Positions 46,928 to 55,732 of a DNA stretch of 64,000 nt are shown here, piece by piece; the first letter of the stretch is position 1; the number at the start of each line of letters is the position of its first letter. Source of the DNA: a virus; IMG/VR virus record IMGVR_UViG_3300025646_005470. One strand, given 5' to 3'. Below the pieces are notes generated by a model. The model was not told where the DNA came from and did not search any database. It saw only the letters and a program-made list of their open reading frames with translations. Both the position numbers and the translations under genes were made by a program.

Positions 46928-46956
46928 ATAATATAGTCGTAATTTGATCTTGTCAA
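46928..46956 (-). promoter_or_regulatory. Sigma70-type promoter TTGACA-17-TATTAT
   Basis: Hexamers with 17-bp spacing upstream of the HTH gene. Confidence 0.75.
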
Positions 46957-47600
46957 CCTTTTTTGTTTAAATAGGATAATACAAGGTTTCTTGCTCGTTC
47001 TTGGCCAATTAAAGAAAGATGATTTGGTACGTCTTGGCCTTCGCATCCATCTTCTTTAATGATTTTATAAGGTCCGTCTTTAATTATTTGCATTTGTTCA
47101 AATACAATCCAATCTTTGTGAATGTAATCTGTAAAAGCATTTGTAAACACAAGAAAAGGTTTTCCAGTTTGCTGTAGTTTCCAATATATTGCTTCTGCTA
47201 TCACAAAAGAATTTAATATTTCTAAATCTTCATTGTAGTATTTGGCTACATATTCTCGTGTTTCTTTTGATTGATTCTCTAAACTGTAATGATTAATTAC
47301 ATCAGTTCGTGCTTTACTAAACTCACTGTCAAAGTTCCAACCGTCTGATTTTTGCCAAGCAATGTTGATGCGTGTTGGTGTGGTTAAAAATACTATGCAT
47401 TTGTCAAATCCATTCTTAATAGCACGTTGCACTTGTGTATAAATTTTTAAATTAGATGATCCTGGTCGTGCATATACTATAGGATCATATCCTAAATTGT
47501 ATTGCCACAGTTGTGAGTTTTCAAACACTTCTTTGTTTGAATATTCAGCACTATCAAAATCACTTGCCCAACTGCAACCGCATATTGCAAGTGTTTTCAT
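46953..47600 (-). CDS. Hypothetical protein with SGNH/GDSL-like N-terminal motif
   Basis: LAICGCSW, NLGY...ARPGSSN, NHLS near the C-terminus; start at MKTLAI (47600). Confidence 0.55.
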   Translation of the reverse strand: MKTLAICGCSWASDFDSAEYSNKEVFENSQLWQYNLGYDPIVYARPGSSNLKIYTQVQRAIKNGFDKCIVFLTTPTRINIAWQKSDGWNFDSEFSKARTDVINHYSLENQSKETREYVAKYYNEDLEILNSFVIAEAIYWKLQQTGKPFLVFTNAFTDYIHKDWIVFEQMQIIKDGPYKIIKEDGCEGQDVPNHLSLIGQERARNLVLSYLNKKG

Positions 47601-47701
47601 AAAAGTAATCCTGCTAGAATCGCCAATGTGAAACCAAACACGATCCAGCCCAGTGCATACCCAAAGCACCAAGCAATAACTAGTTTAATTAGTTTCCACA
47701 T
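47597..47701 (-). CDS. Small single-pass membrane protein (34 aa), below the ORF-track cutoff
   Basis: MWKLIKLVIAWCFGYALGWIVFGFTLAILAGLLL*; fills the gap exactly, and its TGA overlaps the next ATG (ATGA). Confidence 0.65.
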   Translation of the reverse strand: MWKLIKLVIAWCFGYALGWIVFGFTLAILAGLLL

Positions 47702-49208
47702 ATTCTTGTGATCCTGGATTTGGCCCTTGTGGATCTAAAACCCAGCCTTCTTTTTTAGCACGTTCTTCTAGTTCACGTTTCATCATATTGCCTTTGGTAG
47801 AATCACCATCAACAATACTTTGTAGTTGTTTTAGATCAGTCATTGGTATTGATTCGTACCAATCAACTATGTCTTTTGGAAATGTTTTTGCAAATGATTT
47901 GTTTCTTCTTATGTCATACTGTGAATAAAAAGATTTAAAATCTCTTTCTCTAGATTCAATTGAAGAAGTAAATTGGTGGCCAACTTGTACTTCACGCAGA
48001 TAATTAATCAAACGTTCAACACCTTGTTGTTCCATATCAAAAAATAATTCGTGCTGTTTACCTACTTTATGTAACCAATATTCTAAGTTATCTGCTAAAC
48101 GTTTTTTAATATCTGTAGGCAGTGTTACTGCTGATTGAAAACTTGGAAAACGCAATATATTAAAACTCATTGCAGGAGCAAATTGTCCATAGCGTTCTTT
48201 TAGTTTGATCATTTCGTCCATGAAATCTGTAATTGAAAACAAGCATAAAGCATTAATAGTCATCATCATATGTAGTTCACGTACATTACCCTCGTTCATC
48301 ATTTTGTGTATGTTGTCTAACCATGTGTTCCATACCAAACCATCACGTATATATTCTGCATGGCCTCCAAATGATTCATTTGATGTGTACAAATCAAACT
48401 CTTTAAATGCATGACTTTCACGTGCTAGCCTATCTATTAGTTCTGGCTTTGCACCTAAGTTAGAGTTTACTGCTAGTCGTACATCACAATCTTTATTGCT
48501 CTGCCACCATTCTAGCAAACGCCAAAAGTCTTGTGACATGGTTGCTTCACCACCTGTTACTCTTAGTTCTTGTAGTGTGTATTGTAGATCTGATTTCCAC
48601 CATTTAAAGAAAGCATCAACATATGGATTACCTTCATTACGTTTACCATATGGCATTGCCCATTTACCATCTTGTTGAAATGCTCTTGCACCATCTGAAA
48701 CTAAATTTTGATAAGCACCATCTTTACGTATATCATTTTGCCATGTTGTTGAAAATGAAGCATTACAATAAGAACATGCATAGTTACAATTGGCATCAAA
48801 TGCAATTTCTAATGTTTTTAAATTAACATCATCATTCCAATGTGTTTTACTTGCTTCTGCAAGTTGATCTTCTGTGTATATCACACTTTTGTAAACTCTA
48901 TCAGAAACATTTTGCGGACCGATATCTTCAACTTTCCAACAGTATTCGCACTCTTTTGGTCTTTCACCTTCAAGCATTTGTTTACGCACCATTTTTTTAT
49001 AACTGGTGTTGTGTATGGCTTTTGGATTTTTTAATACTTCTTCAACAGGTATTTTGTGTGCTGGTGGGTGATGACAACTTGCTGTTGTACCACTGTTGAG
49101 CCATATAGTAGCATTGTACCATTTAGCACCACAAAAACTTGGTGATATTGGATTGATTACCCTGTCTCTGTACTCTTGATATGTTTCTGTTTTTCTTTTC
49201 TTTGTCAT
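47685..49208 (-). CDS. Radical SAM protein with N-terminal twitch-like Cys domain
   Basis: SFCGAKW...SCHH...CEYCW; CNYACSYC; TGGEA. Confidence 0.9.
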   Translation of the reverse strand: MTKKRKTETYQEYRDRVINPISPSFCGAKWYNATIWLNSGTTASCHHPPAHKIPVEEVLKNPKAIHNTSYKKMVRKQMLEGERPKECEYCWKVEDIGPQNVSDRVYKSVIYTEDQLAEASKTHWNDDVNLKTLEIAFDANCNYACSYCNASFSTTWQNDIRKDGAYQNLVSDGARAFQQDGKWAMPYGKRNEGNPYVDAFFKWWKSDLQYTLQELRVTGGEATMSQDFWRLLEWWQSNKDCDVRLAVNSNLGAKPELIDRLARESHAFKEFDLYTSNESFGGHAEYIRDGLVWNTWLDNIHKMMNEGNVRELHMMMTINALCLFSITDFMDEMIKLKERYGQFAPAMSFNILRFPSFQSAVTLPTDIKKRLADNLEYWLHKVGKQHELFFDMEQQGVERLINYLREVQVGHQFTSSIESRERDFKSFYSQYDIRRNKSFAKTFPKDIVDWYESIPMTDLKQLQSIVDGDSTKGNMMKRELEERAKKEGWVLDPQGPNPGSQEYVETN

Positions 49209-49960
49209 ATTAATTTTATTTGATTATTTTCATATATCATTTTGTGTTTTAAATCACTGCGTTGCTTTACATTTTCTAAAACTGTTAAGTAATTGTTATT
49301 TTGTTTATTTTTCATAATACTATTTTGTTTTGGCAAATTTTTCAAAACATAGTAGTTTCTACTTCGTTTTGGAATAGTATTAAATAAATTATTATATTCA
49401 AAAGTGTTAGTTATATTAATAGTATTTAATATAAAATTATTCATATAATCAATACTAGATTTTAATAGAGTATAAAAATAGTTAATACGAGATTCAACTA
49501 TTTTAATTTGTTGACTGTTTATTTCATTTGTTTGCTGATCAGTTGTATAATTAATTGCTTCGTTATCTAAAATTTTTTCACTAGTGATGCTATTTATAAG
49601 AACATAAAGTATAGAATTAGATACTAGTTGTTCAGCAACATTTTCTCTATATGATAATGTAACCTGTGTATCTTTTTGTTTGGCAATATTAATAAAATAT
49701 TCTTTTTCTTGCTGTGTAAATTGTTGCCAACATTCTGGCCATAATTTTACAACATAATTTTTAAGATTAACTATATCATTAAAACTTTTTATGTTATACC
49801 TTTCACATTCATCTAATTGGAATTGTCTTTGTGGATGAAACGCTTCTCCCAAGTTTGGTAATTGATAAAAATCACTATAGTGCTGACATAGTGCTGTACT
49901 ACCAGACCTGCCACAAATTGTAAAAACAATTACTCTATTAATTTTTTCTTTTTCTATCAT
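49205..49960 (-). CDS. Putative P-loop sulfotransferase-like protein
   Basis: GRSGST 5'-PSB-like loop, LGEAFH, and a YREN...QLVS 3'-PB-like motif. Confidence 0.55.
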   Translation of the reverse strand: MIEKEKINRVIVFTICGRSGSTALCQHYSDFYQLPNLGEAFHPQRQFQLDECERYNIKSFNDIVNLKNYVVKLWPECWQQFTQQEKEYFINIAKQKDTQVTLSYRENVAEQLVSNSILYVLINSITSEKILDNEAINYTTDQQTNEINSQQIKIVESRINYFYTLLKSSIDYMNNFILNTINITNTFEYNNLFNTIPKRSRNYYVLKNLPKQNSIMKNKQNNNYLTVLENVKQRSDLKHKMIYENNQIKLI

Positions 49961-49965
49961 TTATA

Positions 49966-51351
49966 CTATTTACACATGTTATAAAACTCTTCTAGTTCAG
50001 GAAAAGTTTGTTTAAAATTTGTTCCACGTCTGCGATCATGCTCATCAACAAACAATTTAAAATCACGTCTTGACACATCTACATTAATACGTTCTGCTTC
50101 ATGTGGACCTGCTTTTATATAATCTATAAATCTACGCATCTTTTCTATTTCAAAATCAAAAAATCCTTTGTATGCATTGTCATGTGTTTCTGCGTTTGCA
50201 TTCATAATAGCCAGTGCAGGTTCTAGCATTTCCACATACTCTGGTGGTAATATAACTGCTGATTGGTGTGCAGGATGTCTTAGTATTGCCATATCTAGTG
50301 TGATAGGCACTTTACGTTCATTTGAATAAAATTCTCTTTTTAATGGATGTATATCATCTACCATTTTATAAAACTTTGGTACACTCAATAAGTTTGTTGT
50401 ACACATAACAGTGACTTTGGTTAGTGGAAGTTCTTCTAATACTCTACATACATTATCATACCATTGATTGTAATTTAAACCATTTCTAATATATTCTGCT
50501 TGTGGACCCCATGTGTCAACACTAGTGTATAATCTTGTTCTACCAATTTTACCATCTAAAGTAATACGTTTCATCTTTTCAATGTATTGATTAAACAACT
50601 TTTTTGGTACACATGCATTTGAATTAATACTTAATTCTAAATTTGGATTTGGATTAACATTTATATAATCTAAAACTTTAAATGTGTCTTTGGTCATTAA
50701 AGGCTCACCGCCTGTAATTCTAAATACTTCTAGTGTTTTATATAGTTCAGGAAACCATTTCCAAAATGCCGTTACATAAGGATTTGCATCTTTGTGTGGT
50801 ATAGGCATTTTGTCTTGTTCGTATAACCAATCAAAATTATTAAATTTATTTGATGTTGGATAAGCACCATACTGTGCAATTTCTTCTGTCCACTTTGAAC
50901 TAAATGCTGGCGAACAATATGAACATTTAAAATTGCACACATTTGAAAATGCAACTTCAACGTATCTTGGATTTACATTGTCCTGCCAGTCTGATTTAGC
51001 AATAGCGTTTAAGTGGGGACGAGCCCATGTGTCATGGGATTTGAGGTGTCGATCGCTGATATGGTCCCCACCTAAATCTTCTACGTTCCAACAGTATTGA
51101 CATTCTTTTGGTCGTATGCCGTCTAACATCATTCTACGTTGTTGTTTTTTAAACTCCGTATTATGAAGTGCTGTTGGGTTTTCACGTAATTCTGTTAAAG
51201 GTATTTTATGTGTTTGTGGATGGTGGCAAGAGTGTGTATGGCCATTTTGTAAATGCATTGTAACCTGCAACCACTTGGCTGTACAAAAACTAGGAGATAC
51301 TGCGTTGAGTTGATCTCTTGTTTCTTTTATCTTGCGAACTTCATCTGTCAT
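49966..51351 (-). CDS. Radical SAM protein with N-terminal twitch-like Cys domain (paralog of 47685..49208)
   Basis: SFCTAKW...SCHH...CQYCW; CNFKCSYC; ITGGEPLM. Confidence 0.9.
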   Translation of the reverse strand: MTDEVRKIKETRDQLNAVSPSFCTAKWLQVTMHLQNGHTHSCHHPQTHKIPLTELRENPTALHNTEFKKQQRRMMLDGIRPKECQYCWNVEDLGGDHISDRHLKSHDTWARPHLNAIAKSDWQDNVNPRYVEVAFSNVCNFKCSYCSPAFSSKWTEEIAQYGAYPTSNKFNNFDWLYEQDKMPIPHKDANPYVTAFWKWFPELYKTLEVFRITGGEPLMTKDTFKVLDYINVNPNPNLELSINSNACVPKKLFNQYIEKMKRITLDGKIGRTRLYTSVDTWGPQAEYIRNGLNYNQWYDNVCRVLEELPLTKVTVMCTTNLLSVPKFYKMVDDIHPLKREFYSNERKVPITLDMAILRHPAHQSAVILPPEYVEMLEPALAIMNANAETHDNAYKGFFDFEIEKMRRFIDYIKAGPHEAERINVDVSRRDFKLFVDEHDRRRGTNFKQTFPELEEFYNMCK

Positions 51352-52358
51352 TTTAAAACTTTGTAACGAGTTATTCCGTCATTGCCTTTCTCAGTAACAA
51401 ATGCACCTGATCTAGGTGGGTTCCAATATACTTTCTTAAAGAAAGCAGAACCTTCTGCACTTAAATCATCAATTTGTAAGCCAAGGCGACTTCTTAATTC
51501 TTTACCAAGTCTAACAGTTTCATTCCAAAGTTTTTCTCTACTCCAAGAAAACTTTTCATGATGGCAAGTTTCATCTTCACCAATAAATTGTGGTTTAACA
51601 GTTTCATTCCAGAATTTAGTGTGCCATTCAAAATCTCTTACATTGACAAAATCCCAATCTGTGCAATTGGTCATATAACAACCAAGTCGTGTGCCATACA
51701 ATGCCCATAATCCGTTTTCAACATCTTGGCCTACAGTTGCCCAAATTAAAAGTCTATGATAGTTTTTGTCATGTATATTCTTTTCAAAGTTAACAGGATC
51801 AACTTTAAATCCTCTGTCCAAACTCATCTTAACACCTTCTCTAAATCCTGCTCTATAAGCCTGATAAGGTGTGGCGTTGTTATACACATGAGAAAAGCAT
51901 TCGTTAAGTTGAATATAATTCATATCCCAACAAAAGTCTACTGCTGAACCTTCTGATTCTGCGGCTTCGTGGGTCTTCATATCAAGTACTGCTTGTTTAG
52001 GCCAACACTTAATACCACCATTGCCATACATTAATCCATTAATATTGTTATAACCTGTAAATGATATTACAGATTGTGCTAGATTTAAATTTTCATATTC
52101 AGTAAAATCTAATTCTAAATCAATTAGTTTTTCATAGTTTACTAATTTGTTATCACCATCTACAGTGATAAATCTATCAGTATCACTTTGATTAGCACAG
52201 GCCTTGTGTGCGGCATCACTACCTTCAACGCCATCTACCCATTTAGCCCATGGTATTTTATCTTTGATATCTGCCCAATGTTCTTGTTTATTAGGTTCAT
52301 CATATGACAGATAAAATATATCTATATCTGCAAATTTTATTTTCATATCAGCACTCAT
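51348..52358 (-). CDS. Putative GT-A-fold glycosyltransferase
   Basis: IFYLSYDEP, AHKACA..SDTDRFITVDGDN (DxD). Confidence 0.6.
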   Translation of the reverse strand: MSADMKIKFADIDIFYLSYDEPNKQEHWADIKDKIPWAKWVDGVEGSDAAHKACANQSDTDRFITVDGDNKLVNYEKLIDLELDFTEYENLNLAQSVISFTGYNNINGLMYGNGGIKCWPKQAVLDMKTHEAAESEGSAVDFCWDMNYIQLNECFSHVYNNATPYQAYRAGFREGVKMSLDRGFKVDPVNFEKNIHDKNYHRLLIWATVGQDVENGLWALYGTRLGCYMTNCTDWDFVNVRDFEWHTKFWNETVKPQFIGEDETCHHEKFSWSREKLWNETVRLGKELRSRLGLQIDDLSAEGSAFFKKVYWNPPRSGAFVTEKGNDGITRYKVLK

Positions 52359-52361
52359 TGT

Positions 52362-52976
52362 TTACACCTCTACCATCAAATAGTCGTCATATATTCTTCT
52401 TGTAAACACATTACAAGAATGTAGTTCTCCTTTATAAGGAGCAGTTAGTTTATCCTGAGTAAGCAGTTGCGTTACAGGAACATAATAACTAGCAAACAGG
52501 TCATGTGGGTCGCCTGTTTCAGTTATAAAAAAGTTTAACACACTTGTACCATTAATCACCAGTATTTCTGGATTGGTAAATTTTTGTGTTTTACCAGTCA
52601 GTTGATACTTGCTGGCCATGTATGCTTTTAGTGTTGGATTAAATTCAAAACTAAATGTTTTTTGTTTTTTGTCATGTACAACTCTAATATCATAACTTAA
52701 ATCTTCTGCGTTGCCTTTTGGAATATTAATTAGTGTTTTATCAATTTCTCTAATATCTAAATGTATTTCTTTTTTAAGTATTGAAAAATCTGTTGGGTCT
52801 TTTGGATTTAATTTAACATAATACTGTGATTGAACTTTTGTACCGTCAATAAATTCACGTACATCATCAAATGATATTTCATAATAAGGATGATTCACAT
52901 TTGCTTCTACTTCACGAGCAATCTTTACAATGTCTTTGGTTTCTAAATCATAATATAATATTCTTGTGTTAGTCAT
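52362..52976 (-). CDS. Hypothetical protein (204 aa)
   Basis: Intact ORF coupled within the operon. Confidence 0.75.
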   Translation of the reverse strand: MTNTRILYYDLETKDIVKIAREVEANVNHPYYEISFDDVREFIDGTKVQSQYYVKLNPKDPTDFSILKKEIHLDIREIDKTLINIPKGNAEDLSYDIRVVHDKKQKTFSFEFNPTLKAYMASKYQLTGKTQKFTNPEILVINGTSVLNFFITETGDPHDLFASYYVPVTQLLTQDKLTAPYKGELHSCNVFTRRIYDDYLMVEV

Positions 52977-53841
52977 TGATTACTGCTTCTTCATATGTTT
53001 TAATCATACTATCTGTTAAAAAGTTTTTAGTAACATAGTGTACAATACCACTCTGTTGATAATTTCCAATTTTTAATTTACACTGAGGTGTAAAATATGA
53101 ACCAATGTGTTTGGTCCAATCTTCTGTGCTACCACTACGCCAACCTTGTACTTTTGATTTCATGTGTGTAAATGTTGGAAAATCAATTGATGGATTTGTT
53201 GCACGTTCAACAATGTCTAGCATTTTCATTGACATTGCATACACAACATCAGCACTTAAAAATTCTTGCTTTGGTAATACAAGTGCAGAGTCTCTATAGT
53301 ATTCCCAACGTCTAAATATGTCTTCTACAACATTAAAATATTCATTTACCATATCTGATTTTTTATTAAAATAAAAAAATGCTGTGTAAACGTTTGGTAA
53401 TAAATTTGGTCTAAATGTTTTTCTATAGTGCCTATCAACAACAGTTTCTCCTCTATAGGTTTTTACATTAGTTGTAGCCATCATATCCCATTGTGTTAGA
53501 TAATCCCACCAATGACTTACATCACTCATAAACAACATATCTGTGTCTAGGATTACTGTTTGTTCATATGGTGTGCAGTGATAGTATTTCCACTTGTTGT
53601 TGATTTTCCAATCAGCCATTTGTGCATCATCTTCAAATGGCAATTCAATAATTTCATCAAACGCCCATTGATAGTGTGTTGGTACATCTTGCTTGTTAAT
53701 CACCGCTACAGAGACGTTATTGACGCCTTTTTGTGTGTGTTTAATGCTGAGAGCAAGTGCGTATGCCATACGTACATAGTCAATAGTATTGCCGTCACTG
53801 TCTTTGGTATTCTGTGCTATTACTAGATATCCCTGTTTCAT
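52969..53841 (-). CDS. Putative glycosyltransferase, GT8-like
   Basis: YEQTVILDTDMLF (DxD), GYLVIA, LSAD. Confidence 0.65.
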   Translation of the reverse strand: MKQGYLVIAQNTKDSDGNTIDYVRMAYALALSIKHTQKGVNNVSVAVINKQDVPTHYQWAFDEIIELPFEDDAQMADWKINNKWKYYHCTPYEQTVILDTDMLFMSDVSHWWDYLTQWDMMATTNVKTYRGETVVDRHYRKTFRPNLLPNVYTAFFYFNKKSDMVNEYFNVVEDIFRRWEYYRDSALVLPKQEFLSADVVYAMSMKMLDIVERATNPSIDFPTFTHMKSKVQGWRSGSTEDWTKHIGSYFTPQCKLKIGNYQQSGIVHYVTKNFLTDSMIKTYEEAVIND

Positions 53842-54392
53842 TATGTAACCTTGTTGTAGATCTGTGTCCAGTTGTCTACTTTTTCTATGCCTGTGTGATC
53901 GTGTTGTGCATTATATTCATGCTTCATAAGATATGTTTTTAATCCAATGTCTGCACCTGCTATTGCATTTGACCATTTGTCTTCTACCCATATAGCACCA
54001 CTGCCTCTCCATTGTGATAACCATTTGCCTTTTGGTTCCATAAAAGGAATAATGTCCAATTTTGCAAACACATCTGGAAATAGATTTTCAATATTTTGTT
54101 TTCTCAATGCATTAGCATATTGATCAGAACCCATAGATGTACAACCATATATTTGCCAACCTTCATTTTTTAAAATGGGTAATATTTCTCTTGCATCTTT
54201 GTGTGCATCTAGAAAACCAATCCAAGCAGTCTTGTTAAAATCTTCAATCATTACTCCTATATCTTCTGTTTGAGAAAATGTAGTTGGATTCATTAATTTT
54301 TGTTCAGGATGATACTGCATAAGATATTTGTTAAAGTGTCCACTCCAATCTAGTACAACACCATCAATATCTGTTAGTATAATTTTACTCAC
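53841..54392 (-). CDS. HAD-superfamily phosphatase, 5'(3')-nucleotidase-like
   Basis: ILTDIDGVVLDW (DxD), WVEDK. Confidence 0.8.
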   Translation of the reverse strand: MSKIILTDIDGVVLDWSGHFNKYLMQYHPEQKLMNPTTFSQTEDIGVMIEDFNKTAWIGFLDAHKDAREILPILKNEGWQIYGCTSMGSDQYANALRKQNIENLFPDVFAKLDIIPFMEPKGKWLSQWRGSGAIWVEDKWSNAIAGADIGLKTYLMKHEYNAQHDHTGIEKVDNWTQIYNKVT

Positions 54393-55269
54393 TGTACATC
54401 TCCACTATTTTTTTACTTTGTCGTACAATTGAATATTTGTTCATTACATGAACATTAACACCATCGGTACGTGCTGGAATAAATTTACCTGGCTCGCTGG
54501 TCTTTTCTAATAAAAATGATAATGAACCTTTAGAATTAACATCATACAATTCATCATAATCTAATGTGTGTTGTAAAAAATCTACAGGTAAATGTTTAAC
54601 TAGTCCACTGTTAGCAAATCCATTAAACATATGAACTGCAATACTAAATGCATGATCATTTCTAAAATTATATGTTGTTATACCATACATGGTTTTGAAA
54701 TATGGATAATTTGCTTTAATGGCTTCTAGTAGATTAAAAAACATTTCTGTTTCTGGTGACTTTCTAAAATAAAAAGCAGTAGCCCAATAAAAGTCAATAC
54801 CAAAGTCGTCTACTCTATCAAAATTTAAATCATGTCTACCAGTTAATAAATCTCTACTGTGTTTGTTTATTAATAAATTTTCTTTGTGATTCCATACAGC
54901 ATTTAAAGTATCATTGCAAATTAAATAGTCAACATCAATTACAAGTGTTTCATCATATGGTGTTTCTGTATACACTGTTGATCTATTAATATTATAAAAA
55001 GGTAACAGGTTAACTGTATGTCTAGTATCTCTATATCTTTTGTTGTTGTCAATTCTACGTCTTTTAACAACTTTTACATTTTCAAATGTTGAATCAATTA
55101 TGTTTTTGTCCCAAGTATCATTCATATGACGCACAGTACCTTCATCGGTAATCAAGGTAATGTTGTTAACACCCATATGGTGTTTGATCATAGTAGCATT
55201 GGCAATTGCTACACTTCCATAATCAATTTCTGTATTGTTATGGGCAAATAATACTATGCCTTGACTCAT
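54385..55269 (-). CDS. Putative glycosyltransferase, GT8-like (paralog of 52969..53841)
   Basis: PYDETLVIDVDYLI (DxD), WATAFYFRK, RNDHAFSIA. Confidence 0.65.
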   Translation of the reverse strand: MSQGIVLFAHNNTEIDYGSVAIANATMIKHHMGVNNITLITDEGTVRHMNDTWDKNIIDSTFENVKVVKRRRIDNNKRYRDTRHTVNLLPFYNINRSTVYTETPYDETLVIDVDYLICNDTLNAVWNHKENLLINKHSRDLLTGRHDLNFDRVDDFGIDFYWATAFYFRKSPETEMFFNLLEAIKANYPYFKTMYGITTYNFRNDHAFSIAVHMFNGFANSGLVKHLPVDFLQHTLDYDELYDVNSKGSLSFLLEKTSEPGKFIPARTDGVNVHVMNKYSIVRQSKKIVEMYSE

Positions 55270-55619
55270 GCCGGTTCTACTAGTTTTGCTGTTCTTCTTT
55301 TGGTCTGCATTTCACTATACTGTTTGTGATAATCATTTGTTACTTCAAAGTATCTTGAAACAATTTCTGTTAAGAACGCTTTTAAATCATCAATTTTGAT
55401 TGGATTTTCATTAACATCTAACAATACCATTTCATTGTAACCTTGTTGCACAAATGTTCCAACAAACGCAATCAACTCTTGTGTTACTTTGAAAGTACCA
55501 CCTTGGGTTGAATATGATAGCAGAGCTTCACTTTTGTTTTTGAGAATTTGCTTTTGGTTAAAGAATGTTTGTCTGTAGTTTGCAAATTCAAGAGCTTTGT
55601 GTAAGCGATCGTCTGTCAT
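55266..55619 (-). CDS. Hypothetical protein (117 aa), first gene of the modification operon
   Basis: GGAGG SD; directly after a sigma70 promoter. Confidence 0.8.
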   Translation of the reverse strand: MTDDRLHKALEFANYRQTFFNQKQILKNKSEALLSYSTQGGTFKVTQELIAFVGTFVQQGYNEMVLLDVNENPIKIDDLKAFLTEIVSRYFEVTNDYHKQYSEMQTKRRTAKLVEPA

Positions 55620-55641
55620 TATATACCTCCATATTTTTAAA

Positions 55642-55670
55642 AGTATACACTTAAATTATGAATTTGTCAA
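55642..55670 (-). promoter_or_regulatory. Sigma70-type promoter TTGACA-17-TATACT driving the GT/radical-SAM operon
   Basis: Near-consensus hexamers, 17-bp spacing. Confidence 0.8.
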
Positions 55671-55680
55671 ACGAAAAGTC

Positions 55681-55709
55681 AAAAAAATAGGGCGTTGCCG
55701 CCCTATTTT
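55681..55709 (-). terminator. Intrinsic terminator ending the structural operon
   Basis: AAAATAGGGCG / CGCCCTATTTT stem, GCAA loop on the minus strand, U-tract. Confidence 0.88.
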
Positions 55710-55732
55710 ATAATTTAATATTAAATTAGTTA

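Noticed and set aside
49170-49208. TYQEY near the N-terminus of the radical SAM as a capsid-targeting sequence
   Set aside because: It is offset from the start by MTKKRKTE and lacks the terminal hydrophobic-x-E; likely coincidence.
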